Positions 1-8,991 of a stretch of DNA of 64,000 nt are shown piece by piece. The notes beneath the pieces were generated by a model. That model had not been told where the DNA came from, ran no database searches, and was given only the letters and a program-made list of their open reading frames with translations. Source of the DNA: Opitutales bacterium (lineage in GTDB: Bacteria > Verrucomicrobiota > Verrucomicrobiia > Opitutales > JBHJGM01); the NCBI GenBank assembly GCA_050331595.1, contig JBHJGQ010000004.1, forward strand, positions 140,262-204,261, written 5' to 3'. Within the stretch, counting starts at the first letter, position 1. Each line of letters opens with the position of its first letter. Position numbers and translations under genes: made by a program.

Positions 1-858
1 CACGATGATTTCATCGACGGCGGCACCGAGATGCGCGGGGAGTGGGAGGTGCGCACGCGCTCGGGAGAGTACAAAACAATCCTGGCCGACGCCGCGCTGA
101 TCGAGGAACCCGACGAGGCTCGTAAGAAGGTGACCTTCGTCATGGACATCACCGATCGCATTCAGGCCGAACAACTGCGCAAGGAACTGGAGCGGATCGC
201 CCGGCATGATTTGAAGACCCCGCTGACCGCGATCCTGACGCTGCCGGATCTGCTGATGGAGAGCCCACGCATGAGCGAGCAGGAGCGCGAGATGCTGGCC
301 GTGATGCGCAACTCCGCGCTGAAGATGCTGGATTTGATCAACATCTCGCTGGAAACCTACAAGATGGAGGAGGGCAGCTACGTACTGGACCGCCAGCAGG
401 TGGATTTCCTTGAGATCTTCCGCGAAGTCCTCGGCGAATTGCAGCACCTGGTGGAGAACGATTCGCTGAACGTGAGTTTCCACGTCGACGGCCAGCCCAT
501 CGAACTGGCCGACACACACCTGCTCGTATGCGTCGATCCGCTACTCTGCCACTCGCTGGTGGGCAACCTGATTAAGAACGCCATCGAGGCGTCCCCCACG
601 GGTGGTGCCATTGAGGTGATCTTCGAGCCGGGCGAGCCCTTCGTCTTTGCCGTGCGCAACGACGGGGTGGTGCCTGAGGAGATTCGGGACCGTTTCTTCG
701 AGAAATTCGTCACCACCGGTGGCGGCAACCGCACGGGTCTGGGCACCTACAGCGCCAACCTGATCGCCAAGACGCACGGCGGCTCCATCGAGATGACGAC
801 TTGCGAAGACACCGGCACCACCCTGCGCGTCACTTTACCGGGGACGAAGGAGACCTAG
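1..858 (+). CDS. Sensor histidine kinase, C-terminal part (5' end lies outside the window)
   Basis: Frame 1 is open from nt 1. H-box 'HDLKTPLTAILTLPDLL'. ATPase boxes 'LIKNAIEAS', 'RNDGVVPEEIRDRFFEKF' and 'GLGTYSANLIAKTHGG' indicate HisKA + HATPase_c. Confidence 0.85.
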   Translation, partial: HDDFIDGGTEMRGEWEVRTRSGEYKTILADAALIEEPDEARKKVTFVMDITDRIQAEQLRKELERIARHDLKTPLTAILTLPDLLMESPRMSEQEREMLAVMRNSALKMLDLINISLETYKMEEGSYVLDRQQVDFLEIFREVLGELQHLVENDSLNVSFHVDGQPIELADTHLLVCVDPLLCHSLVGNLIKNAIEASPTGGAIEVIFEPGEPFVFAVRNDGVVPEEIRDRFFEKFVTTGGGNRTGLGTYSANLIAKTHGGSIEMTTCEDTGTTLRVTLPGTKET

Positions 859-1436
859 CCGCGCGGCTCGGCATCGTTGCCGAGGTCGATCCAGACGAGC
901 GTGCCGACCTCGAGGCGGTCGTGGAGTTCGATGATGTCAGCGTCGCTCAAGAGGATGCAGCCGTGGCTGTTGGGCTGGCCGAGGCGCTCGTGCTGATTGG
1001 TGCCGTGCAGGTAGATGTAGCGCTTGAAAGTGTCGCGCCCGGGGCCGCGGTTGTGGCCGTCTTGCAGACCTTCCAGCCAAAGAATGCGCGAGGTGATGCA
1101 GTTTTCGGCGGCCTCGCTGGCGGCGAGTTCCTGCCAGGTTTGGCCGATGCTGACACGCCCACGAAAGACGGTGCCGACCGGGCTGCCGTCGCCGATTTTT
1201 TGGGCGATGCGGTGCAGGCCCAGCGGGGTGCCTAGCGATTCCTCGATGCAGGAGGGCGGGCGGCGGCTGGTGGAAACGATGTAGGTGTGTTGGAGGCTCT
1301 CGCCTTCAAAGAGTGACAAACGCTGCCGGGCGATGTCCACGCAGAGAACCTGGCGTGTCCGCGGCACCGAAAGCGCTTCACAACGCGTGTTCAGGCGCTT
1401 ATATTGGCGGGCTGTTTTTTCCAAAATGGCGTACAA
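855..1436 (-). CDS. L,D-transpeptidase (YkuD/ErfK) family protein
   Basis: Catalytic motif 'LHGTNQHERLGQPNSHGCILLSDADIIEL' (His...SHGC). The start is uncertain: TTG at 1436 or TTG at 1424, with no in-frame ATG. The 1436 start would overlap the divergent asd ATG. Confidence 0.75.
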   Translation of the reverse strand: MYAILEKTARQYKRLNTRCEALSVPRTRQVLCVDIARQRLSLFEGESLQHTYIVSTSRRPPSCIEESLGTPLGLHRIAQKIGDGSPVGTVFRGRVSIGQTWQELAASEAAENCITSRILWLEGLQDGHNRGPGRDTFKRYIYLHGTNQHERLGQPNSHGCILLSDADIIELHDRLEVGTLVWIDLGNDAEPRG

Positions 1437-2457
1437 GACAGCAATCGTCGGCGCGACCGGAGCGGTCGGTCAAGAGTTGATCCAACTGCTGCACCAGCGG
1501 GCCTTTCCCATGAGCGAACTGGTGCTGCTGGCCTCAGCGCGTTCTGCGGGAAAAACAATCCAGGCCCAGGGCCAAGCTTGGACCGTTCAGGAAGCGACAC
1601 CAGAAGCCTTTGAGGGCGTCGATGTGGCCTTCTTTTCGGCAGGCGGCGGTATTTCAAAAACACTTGCGCCGGAAGCGGTGAAGCGGGGCTGTGTCGTCAT
1701 CGACAACACCTCGGCCTTTCGGATGGACACGGACGTGCCGCTGGTGGTGCCGGAGGTCAACGCGGCAGCGCTGGACGAGCACCACGGGCTCATCGCCAAC
1801 CCGAACTGCTCGACGGCCGTGGCGCTGATGGGCTTGTACCCGCTGCACCGGGCGTTCGGGCTGAAACGGTTCTTTGCCGCGACCTACCAGGCGGTTTCGG
1901 GAAGCGGCGCGGAGGGCATGCGCGAGCTGGAAAACCAGCTGAAAGCCTGGGCGGGCGGGGCCACCGATTTCGAGGTAGCGCTTTATCCGCATGTGATCGC
2001 CTTCAACTTGATTCCGCACGTGGATACGTTTCAGGACGACGGTTATACCCGCGAGGAACTGAAGATGGCCAACGAGTCCCGCAAGATTCTGGGTGAGCCG
2101 GGGTTGAGCGTGTCGTGTACCTGCGTGCGCGTGCCGGTGATGCGGGCGCACTCGATTGCGATCAACGCCGAGTTTGCCAAGCCCGTCTCGGTGGATGCGG
2201 CGCGCGAGGCGGTGGCGGCGTTTGAGGGGGCGACGTTGGTCGACGAGCCAGAGTCGAATCGGTACCCGATGCCGGTCGACTTCTCTGGTCGGGAAGTCTG
2301 CGGGGTGGGTCGCCTGCGCAAGGACCACGCCTTCGAGAACGGGCTCGCGCTGTGGGTAAGCGGCGACCAGCTGTGGAAGGGCGCGGCGCTCAACGCCATC
2401 CAGATCGGCGAGGCCCTGCACGCGCGGTCGTTGATTCGGCCTGCCGTGCGCGGATAG
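1426..2457 (+). CDS. asd: Aspartate-semialdehyde dehydrogenase
   Basis: Internal ATG at 1426 gives 'MAYKTAIVGATGAVGQELIQLL' (Rossmann GxxGxxG). 'ANPNCSTAVALM' contains the active-site Cys, and 'SGDQLWKGAALNAIQIGE' is the typical C-terminus. The upstream 47 codons of the track ORF are Arg/Cys-rich and look non-coding. Confidence 0.93.
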   Translation: MAYKTAIVGATGAVGQELIQLLHQRAFPMSELVLLASARSAGKTIQAQGQAWTVQEATPEAFEGVDVAFFSAGGGISKTLAPEAVKRGCVVIDNTSAFRMDTDVPLVVPEVNAAALDEHHGLIANPNCSTAVALMGLYPLHRAFGLKRFFAATYQAVSGSGAEGMRELENQLKAWAGGATDFEVALYPHVIAFNLIPHVDTFQDDGYTREELKMANESRKILGEPGLSVSCTCVRVPVMRAHSIAINAEFAKPVSVDAAREAVAAFEGATLVDEPESNRYPMPVDFSGREVCGVGRLRKDHAFENGLALWVSGDQLWKGAALNAIQIGEALHARSLIRPAVRG

Positions 2458-2496
2458 CCCTGGCAGCCAGAAAAGGCGCACGGTTTCTAGAATTTC

Positions 2497-2539
2497 AAAA
2501 AAAGCGCAGGCCACGCTGCGTTGGAAGCAACGTGGCCTG
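2497..2539 (-). terminator. Candidate rho-independent terminator (read on the minus strand)
   Basis: 9-bp GC-rich inverted repeat caggccacg (2507-2515) / cgtggcctg (2531-2539). An A7 run at 2497-2503 gives a U-tract after the hairpin on the minus strand. It lies about 330 nt downstream of the PEP-CTERM gene stop, so the assignment is tentative. Confidence 0.4.
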
Positions 2540-2873
2540 TGTGGCAACCGGGTTCGGTGCCGGCAATCCCTCGGGTTCGCTGACGGAGCAAGCGACGCCG
2601 TCGAGGTGATGTGAGCTGAGCTGTGATTGGGCCCGTTACGGGAATAAAGAACGCGGTGATGATGTGCGTGTCACTCGATTTTGACAACAGGAAAGTTATC
2701 TCAGATTGGCTCTTTGTCGTGAGCGCAGGGCAGCAGGCTCATATCTTCGGGTTTGGGAAGCCTGAAACCGGCCCTCCGCGAACGAAGGACCGGTTTGGAA
2801 CGCACTTCCGGGGCTTGCCGTCCCCGGATTCGACCCGCCCGGCCACAGGATAGCCGCGGCGGGTCACTATCGC

Positions 2874-3581
2874 CTAAGAATGGGTGTGGCGGCGGCGGCG
2901 TTGCAGGATGGCGCCCAGCACGACCAAGGTGCCCAAGGCGCCGTAGACGCCTGGTTCAGGGATGGCGGTGCTGCGGTAGTTGAGCAGAGCGACGGCACCG
3001 GAGCCGTCGAAGACCACGTCGAGGGTGTCGATCGGCCCCTGCGGCAGGACCTGAGTCATGTAGTTGCCGTCGACGCCGCCGGGAAAGGCGACGTTGAAGA
3101 CCTCGTTGCCGGCGGCCAGGCCGATGATGCGCGTGTCGGGCTCTTCGTTGTCGAGGATGCCGAGTTCATCGAAGCTCACGAGCTGGTCGAACTCGAAGCG
3201 CAGGACGCCGCCGCCGCGCAGGTCATCGGGGTCGCTGCTGTCGTTGTCTTCGCTGATAATGAGGACATTGCCTAGCGCGTCGGCGACGACCGGGCTGGGG
3301 GTGAGCAGGTCGAAGTCGTTGCCGGTCGGGTTGGCGGTGTCGAAGACCATCGGCAGCCGGCTGCCGGGGGCGGTGTTGCCGCCGAGGTAAGCGCCCCGGG
3401 GGATGTAGGAGATGGCTACCAGGCCGACCGAGCTGAAGTCGAAGCTGGTCTGGCCCGCGGAGAGCGCGCCGTTGTCGTCGGATTCGAAGTCGACGCTGGC
3501 GGCGTTGAAGACGGCCTGGCCGGCGAGGGACGAAGTGGTGAGACTGGCCAGGATGAGGCTGGCGAAGGGAATGATTTTCAT
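2874..3581 (-). CDS. Secreted PEP-CTERM sorting-domain protein, function unknown
   Basis: N-terminal signal peptide 'MKIIPFASLILASLTTSSLAGQ'. C-terminal 'IPEPGVYGALGTLVVLGAILQRRRR' is the PEP motif followed by a TM helix and an Arg cluster. Confidence 0.75.
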   Translation of the reverse strand: MKIIPFASLILASLTTSSLAGQAVFNAASVDFESDDNGALSAGQTSFDFSSVGLVAISYIPRGAYLGGNTAPGSRLPMVFDTANPTGNDFDLLTPSPVVADALGNVLIISEDNDSSDPDDLRGGGVLRFEFDQLVSFDELGILDNEEPDTRIIGLAAGNEVFNVAFPGGVDGNYMTQVLPQGPIDTLDVVFDGSGAVALLNYRSTAIPEPGVYGALGTLVVLGAILQRRRRHTHS

Positions 3582-3596
3582 CAGACTTGGATAAGG

Positions 3597-4778
3597 ATGC
3601 GAAAAGGACTCAGGACAGATCCGGTGAAACCGGTCCCCATTCTACAGGATTATTTCCGGAATGGTAGGGGTAAATCACCTTACAGTGACTTAGGGGAACG
3701 CACTAGTTCCACCCTGGTAAGTCGTGGAAGTGGCCACGGGGGCTGCCTGGGGCAGCGTTGGCTTGGTGTCGCTGGCGGGCTGTTAGGGGCGCTTTCAGTG
3801 CTGGTCCCACGCAGTGTCGAGGCCTACTATCCGACCGCGGAGGATTTTCAGAAGCCGTTGGAGGTGATTGCCTTCGGATCCTGTAACGACGAGGACAAGC
3901 CGCAGGACTATTGGCCTTCCATCGCCGCGGTGGAGCCGGATGTGTGGATCTGGATGGGTGACAACATCTATGGCGATTCGCGCCAGGCCGAGGTGATCGA
4001 GGGCAAGTACACGCGCCAGTTTGAGGCCGGGCCGTACGTGCGCTTTCGAGAAGCGGTGCCGATCATCGGGACCTGGGATGACCACGATTTCGGCGAAAAC
4101 GACGCCGGGAGTTGGTATCCGTTGCGTGCGACTACCCAGCAATTGGCGCTGGATTTTTTGGAGGAACCCGCCGGAACGGTCCGCCGCCAGCAGGGGGGCC
4201 TTTACACGGCTTACCGTTTCGGTCCCGAGGGCCGGCAGGTGCAGGTTATCCTGCTGGATACACGCTATCACATGACGCGGCCGGGGCCGGAGGGGGATTT
4301 GTTGGGCGAGGCGCAGTGGCGCTGGCTGGAGTCGCAACTGCGCAGCGAAGCGCCGGAAGTGACGATCCTCGGCTCCTCGATTCAATTCGTGGCCGAGGAC
4401 CAGGGCTACGAGAAGTGGGCGAGGTTTCCGAAGTCACGGCAGCGCATGGTGGACTTGATCGCGCGCAGCGGACGCGCAGGCGTGCTCTTCATCAGCGGCG
4501 ATCGGCACATCCACGAGCTGTCGTGCTGGCGCGCAGAGGCCTTGCCGTACCCGCTCTATGATTTGACCTCCAGCGGGTTGACGCACACCTGGGAGAGTTT
4601 TCCGGGTGAGCCCAATCGCTGGCGGCTGGCTGGGCCGAACAATCGCCGTGGCTTTGGCGTGGTGCGGCTGGACTGGAGCAAGGAGCCGGTGCTGATCACC
4701 TTGGAGATACAGAGCCTGGACGGGACGGTTGTGCTGACGCACAGTTTCGAGCGCGGGCTGCTGACCGGGGGCAATTAA
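3597..4778 (+). CDS. PhoD-like alkaline phosphatase / metallophosphoesterase
   Basis: Motifs 'FGSCNDEDKPQ', 'WIWMGDNIYGD', 'GTWDDHDFGENDAG', 'LLDTRYH' and 'FISGDRHIHEL'. The hydrophobic segment 'WLGVAGGLLGALSVLVPRSVEA' sits about 55 aa in. The start is uncertain (ATG 3597 or GTG 3624). Confidence 0.78.
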   Translation: MRKGLRTDPVKPVPILQDYFRNGRGKSPYSDLGERTSSTLVSRGSGHGGCLGQRWLGVAGGLLGALSVLVPRSVEAYYPTAEDFQKPLEVIAFGSCNDEDKPQDYWPSIAAVEPDVWIWMGDNIYGDSRQAEVIEGKYTRQFEAGPYVRFREAVPIIGTWDDHDFGENDAGSWYPLRATTQQLALDFLEEPAGTVRRQQGGLYTAYRFGPEGRQVQVILLDTRYHMTRPGPEGDLLGEAQWRWLESQLRSEAPEVTILGSSIQFVAEDQGYEKWARFPKSRQRMVDLIARSGRAGVLFISGDRHIHELSCWRAEALPYPLYDLTSSGLTHTWESFPGEPNRWRLAGPNNRRGFGVVRLDWSKEPVLITLEIQSLDGTVVLTHSFERGLLTGGN

Positions 4779-4821
4779 GCCTTGCCTCCAGGGGCGACGG
4801 AACGATAACTCCTGCACTTTT

Positions 4822-4899
4822 GGGGCGGTTAGCTCAGTTGGCTAGAGCGGCTGGTTTACACCCAGTAGGTCACAGGTTCGAGCCCTGTACCGCCCACCA
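4822..4899 (+). tRNA. tRNA-Val (anticodon TAC), CCA encoded
   Basis: Cloverleaf read by eye. Acceptor stem GGGGCGG/CCGCCCA, D-arm AGCTCAGTTGGCTAGAGC, anticodon stem GCTGG/CCAGT with loop TTTACAC, T-arm CAGGTTCGAGCCCTG, then ACCA. Confidence 0.9.
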
Positions 4900-4913
4900 G
4901 GAAATCCCGTTCG

Positions 4914-5423
4914 ATGCGACACACAATTTCAGCGCTGGTGGAAAACAAGTTCGGCGTGCTGGCCCGGGTGGCCGGCATGTTCAGCGGACGTGGCTTCAAC
5001 ATCGACACCCTCAACGTGGGCCCGGCGCAGGACCCGAACTATTCGCGCATCACCGCGACCTTGCACGGCGACGACGCGACCGTGGACCTGGCGCTGCGTC
5101 AGCTCGACAAGCTGATCAACGTGATCGAGGTGAAGCATTTCAGCAGCAGCCAAACCTTTGTGGCCCGCGAACTGGTCATGGTGAAGCTGCCCGTAAATCC
5201 CAAAACGCGTGGCGAGATCATCCAGATTGCCGACATCTTTCGCGGCAAAATCGTCGATGTGTCGCCCAGCTCGATCATCATCGAGTGCACCGGCAACGAG
5301 AACAAGATCCGCGCCTTTTTGGAGATGATCCAAGCCTACGGCATCACCGAGATGGCCCGCAGCGGGAACCTCGGTTTAGAACGCCGCGCGCGCCAGGATG
5401 AGACCCCGACCGACGTCCAATAG
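4914..5423 (+). CDS. ilvH: Acetolactate synthase small (regulatory) subunit
   Basis: 'MRHTISALVENKFGVLARVAGMFSGRGFNIDTLNVGP' is the ACT domain typical of IlvH/IlvN, and the gene is followed by ilvC. Confidence 0.9.
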   Translation: MRHTISALVENKFGVLARVAGMFSGRGFNIDTLNVGPAQDPNYSRITATLHGDDATVDLALRQLDKLINVIEVKHFSSSQTFVARELVMVKLPVNPKTRGEIIQIADIFRGKIVDVSPSSIIIECTGNENKIRAFLEMIQAYGITEMARSGNLGLERRARQDETPTDVQ

Positions 5424-5475
5424 GGCGCGCCTTTATCCCAGACGTTTTTTTTCGTTAATCACGCAACCACCCTCC

Positions 5476-6507
5476 ATGCCTGCAAAGATCTACACCGACA
5501 AGGACGCCGACCTGGGCGTCTTCAAGGGCAAGACCCTGGCCGTGCTGGGCTACGGCTCACAAGGCCACGCCCACGCGCTCAACCTCAAGGAAAGCGGCTG
5601 CCACGTCATCATCGGCCTGTACAAGGGCTCGAAGTCGATCGCGGTGGCCAAGAAGCACGGCTTTGAAGTGGTGATGGTGGACGAGGCGGTGCGCCGCGCC
5701 GACGTCATCATGGTCGGGGTGCCGGACATGCGCCAGGCCGACCTATACGAGACCGAGATTGAGCCAAACCTGTCCAAGGGCAAGACGCTGCTCTTTTCGC
5801 ACGGGCTGGCCATTCACTACGGGCTGATTCAACCGCCTGAAGGCGTGGACGTGATCATGGTTGCGCCCAAGGGGCCCGGCCAAATCGTGCGCCAGCAGTA
5901 CCAGGAGGGCAAGGGCGTGCCGGCGCTGATCGCCGTCCTGGAAGGTTCCTCGCGCAACGCCAAGAAGCAGGCGCTGGCCTGGGCCAAGGGCGTGGGCGGC
6001 ACCCGTGCGGGCGTCATCCAAACGACCTTCCGCGAGGAAACCGAGACCGACCTCTTTGGTGAGCAGGCGGTGCTCTGTGGCGGTGCCAGCGCGCTGGTCA
6101 TGGCCGGGTTTGAGACGCTGGTCGAAGCCGGGTACCAGCCGGAGATGGCCTACTTTGAGTGCCTGCACGAGCTGAAGCTGATCGTCGATCTGATGTACGA
6201 ATCGGGGGTGGCCGGGATGCGTTTCACCATTTCGGAAACGGCCAAGTACGGCGACATCACCCGTGGCCCTCGCGTGGTCAACGCGCAGACGAAGAAGTCC
6301 ATGCAGAAGATTTTGGCCGAGATTCAGTCCGGCAAATTCACCCGCGAATGGGTGAAGGAGTACAAGGACGGTTTGCCCAAGTACAACGCGTTGCTCAAGG
6401 AAGGCGAAAAGCACGCCATCGAAAAAACGGGCCAGCGCTTGCGCGGGTTGATGCCGTGGCTGGCCAAACGCAACATCAAGGGCGCGCAGGCCTCCTTCAG
6501 CGGGTAG
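5476..6507 (+). CDS. ilvC: Ketol-acid reductoisomerase
   Basis: Internal ATG 5476 gives 'MPAKIYTDKDADLGVFKGKTLAVLGYGSQGHAHALNL'. Also 'LFSHGLAIHYG', 'FREETETDLFGEQAVLCGG' and 'ISETAKYG'. Confidence 0.95.
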   Translation: MPAKIYTDKDADLGVFKGKTLAVLGYGSQGHAHALNLKESGCHVIIGLYKGSKSIAVAKKHGFEVVMVDEAVRRADVIMVGVPDMRQADLYETEIEPNLSKGKTLLFSHGLAIHYGLIQPPEGVDVIMVAPKGPGQIVRQQYQEGKGVPALIAVLEGSSRNAKKQALAWAKGVGGTRAGVIQTTFREETETDLFGEQAVLCGGASALVMAGFETLVEAGYQPEMAYFECLHELKLIVDLMYESGVAGMRFTISETAKYGDITRGPRVVNAQTKKSMQKILAEIQSGKFTREWVKEYKDGLPKYNALLKEGEKHAIEKTGQRLRGLMPWLAKRNIKGAQASFSG

Positions 6508-6532
6508 ACGCGCGCTTTGTTGCAAACACAGC

Positions 6533-7399
6533 ATGGCCGCAACGCCCAGCCGGCTGGTCCTGGCCACCCGCGGCAGCGACTTGGCGCTGCGTCAGGCTGA
6601 ACTGACGCAGGCACGGCTGGAGGCGATTCACCCCCGCGTCGAAGTGGCGCTGGAGGTTGTTCGCACCTCCGGGGATCGGCAGACGCAGTGGTCGCTCGAA
6701 CAGCAGGGCGGGGTCGGGCTGTTCACGCTGGAAGTGGAGCGCGCCGTTCGCGAAGGCCGGGCGGACATCGCTGTGCACAGCGCGAAGGACATGCCCACGC
6801 AGATGGAGCCGGACGTGACCGTGGCCGCCTGCCTGCCGCGCGAGGCGGTCAACGATGTGCTGGTCGTGCGCAAGGGCGTCGGCGTGCCGCAGGTCATCGC
6901 GACGGGTTCGCCTCGGCGTCGGGCGCAGGCCAAGCGTCTGTTTCCGAAAGCGGTTTGGAAGGAGATTCGCGGCAACGTGGACACACGTCTGCGCAAGATT
7001 GCCAACGGCGAGGCGGAGGCCACGCTGCTGGCGGCGGCCGGGCTGAAGCGTCTGGGAATTCTGGCCTGGGCGGGCGTGGACTTGCGGCCTCTGGAAGTGC
7101 GCCAGATGGTGCCCGCACCGGCGCAGGGCGCGATTGCGCTACAGACCCTGACCGAGAAAGCGCACCTGCTGGAGGGTGTCGGTTGTGGGGCGACGTTGCA
7201 CGCGGTCACAGTCGAACGGGCGCTGTTGCGCGCCTTGGGTGGCGGGTGCCACACCGCTTACGCGGCACACTGGAGCAATGGACGCCTCTGGACCTTTCAC
7301 GAGACGACGGGGCACGGCTGCTTTGAGTGCGCCGAGTCTGCGGGTCCCGAGTTGGACGCCCGCATCGAGACCATTGCCAAAGCCATCCAGTCCGCGTAA
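6533..7399 (+). CDS. hemC: Hydroxymethylbilane synthase (porphobilinogen deaminase)
   Basis: 'LVLATRGSDLALRQAE', 'ADIAVHSAKDMP', 'IATGSPRRRAQ', 'IRGNVDTRLRK' and 'LGGGCHTAYAA' (cofactor Cys). Confidence 0.9.
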   Translation: MAATPSRLVLATRGSDLALRQAELTQARLEAIHPRVEVALEVVRTSGDRQTQWSLEQQGGVGLFTLEVERAVREGRADIAVHSAKDMPTQMEPDVTVAACLPREAVNDVLVVRKGVGVPQVIATGSPRRRAQAKRLFPKAVWKEIRGNVDTRLRKIANGEAEATLLAAAGLKRLGILAWAGVDLRPLEVRQMVPAPAQGAIALQTLTEKAHLLEGVGCGATLHAVTVERALLRALGGGCHTAYAAHWSNGRLWTFHETTGHGCFECAESAGPELDARIETIAKAIQSA

Positions 7400-7408
7400 G
7401 GTCGTCGC

Positions 7409-8980
7409 TTGGCAAAGATTGAACACAGTTCGAGCGGTCAGGGTGCCGCGCGCAAGGAAACGGTTTATCTGGTCGGAGCCGGGCCCGGCGAGGCGGGCTT
7501 GATGACGGTGCGTGGCAAGCAGCTCATCGAGACGTGCGATGTGCTGGTGTACGATTTTTTGGCATCACCGCAGATTTCGCAATGGACGCGTTCGGACTGC
7601 GAGCGCATCTACGTGGGCAAGCGCCCAAAGCGCCACACCATCGCTCAGGCCGACATTGCAACGTTGCTGGTCGAGGCGGCGCAGGAAGGTCAATCCGTGG
7701 TGCGGCTGAAGGGGGGCGACCCGTACATTTTCGGTCGCGGCGGAGAGGAAGTGCAGCGGCTGCGGGAGGCAGGCGTTGCCTTTGAAGTGGTGCCAGGCGT
7801 AACGGCGGCGCTGGCCGCCGGTGCCTATGCGGGCGTTGCGCTGACGCATCGTGACTTCAGTTCGGCGCTGACTTTTTTGACCGGGCACGAAGACCCGGAG
7901 AAGCACACCCTGCAAGTTGACTTTCGCAAGCACGCGGCGGCCGGCGGGACCTTCTGCATTTACATGGGGGTGGGTCAGGCTGCGCGGATCTGCCGGGAGA
8001 TGGTCGAAGGCGGTCTGCCGGAGTCTACGCCGGCGTTGGCCGTTGAGTGGGCCACCTTGCCGCATCAGCGAACGGTTGAGGGAACGCTGGGTAGTCTGCC
8101 GGAGCGGCTGGAGGCGATGGCGGTGACCTCGCCGGCGGTGCTGCTCATTGGCGAGGTCTGCGAACTCGCGCCGCAGCTGCATTGGTATTCGTCTACCGCA
8201 CCCCTGCGTGGGAAGCGGATTGTGGTGACGCGGGCGCAGGCGCAAGCCGGGCGCCTCAGCCGCAAGCTGGGAGAACTGGGCGCACAGGTGCTGGAACTGC
8301 CCTTGATCGAGACGCGCCCGGTGCACGAGCCCGCCGACGTTGACAAGGTGTTTCGGGAAATCGGGTCGTACCACTGGCTCCTCTTCACCAGCCGCAACGG
8401 GGTGCAGGAATTTTTCAGGCTGTTTCTGGAGCGCTTGAAGGACCTGCGACTGCTTGGTCCCAAGCGGATCGGAGTGGTGGGCAGCGGCACGGCTGAGGCG
8501 GTGCGCGCCTTTCACCTGGAGGTGGATGTGATGCCCGAGAAATCGACCAGCGCGGCGTTGGCGAACCGGCTCGTGCGCGAGGGCGACCTCGAAAACGAGA
8601 AGGTGCTCGTGGTGACAGGCAATCTCAATCGTGATACGCTGCGCAAGACGCTTGAGAGCAAGGGCCGCGCAATCGTCGATACGCTGCAGGTATACGAGAC
8701 GCGGCTGACGGATTTGGAGCGTAGCGGCAGCGCCACGGATTTTCGTAAGAACGGAGCCGATGCGATCACCTTCACCAGCGCGTCGACCGTGAAGTCCTTC
8801 GCGCGGCAAGCCAAGCACCTGCAGCTGGACGACGGTGCGCGTGTGCCCAAGGCGTTTGCGATTGGGCCGCAGACGCGCGCGGCAATGCAGGAGGCCGGAT
8901 TGCCTTGCGCGGGCGAAGCCGCCGAGCACACTCTCGAGGGGTTGACCGCGTTGCTGGTGGAGCAACTGGAAACGTCCTAG
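7409..8980 (+). CDS. cobA: Bifunctional uroporphyrinogen-III C-methyltransferase / uroporphyrinogen-III synthase (CobA-HemD fusion)
   Basis: The N-terminal half has 'VYLVGAGPGEAGLMTVRGKQLIETCDVLVYD' and 'LKGGDPYIFGRGGEE' (tetrapyrrole methylase). The C-terminal half has 'GKRIVVTRAQAQAGRLSRKLGELGAQVLELPLIETRP' and 'ITFTSASTVKSF' (HemD). TTG start. Confidence 0.87.
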   Translation: MAKIEHSSSGQGAARKETVYLVGAGPGEAGLMTVRGKQLIETCDVLVYDFLASPQISQWTRSDCERIYVGKRPKRHTIAQADIATLLVEAAQEGQSVVRLKGGDPYIFGRGGEEVQRLREAGVAFEVVPGVTAALAAGAYAGVALTHRDFSSALTFLTGHEDPEKHTLQVDFRKHAAAGGTFCIYMGVGQAARICREMVEGGLPESTPALAVEWATLPHQRTVEGTLGSLPERLEAMAVTSPAVLLIGEVCELAPQLHWYSSTAPLRGKRIVVTRAQAQAGRLSRKLGELGAQVLELPLIETRPVHEPADVDKVFREIGSYHWLLFTSRNGVQEFFRLFLERLKDLRLLGPKRIGVVGSGTAEAVRAFHLEVDVMPEKSTSAALANRLVREGDLENEKVLVVTGNLNRDTLRKTLESKGRAIVDTLQVYETRLTDLERSGSATDFRKNGADAITFTSASTVKSFARQAKHLQLDDGARVPKAFAIGPQTRAAMQEAGLPCAGEAAEHTLEGLTALLVEQLETS

Positions 8981-8991
8981 TAGACGCTGCA

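Noticed and set aside
1422-1436. 5'-5' overlap of the divergent L,D-transpeptidase and asd genes as a regulatory feature.
   Set aside because: This is most likely an artefact of taking the longest ORF. A second in-frame TTG at 1424 removes the overlap, and neither TTG can be preferred from sequence alone.
3597-3760. A possible separate small gene or mis-called start in the first ~55 codons of the PhoD-like ORF, only 15 nt from the divergent PEP-CTERM gene start.
   Set aside because: No alternative in-frame start lies just before the hydrophobic segment, apart from GTG 3624. This cannot be resolved without an RBS or proteomic evidence, so the ORF was kept as given and the start flagged as uncertain.
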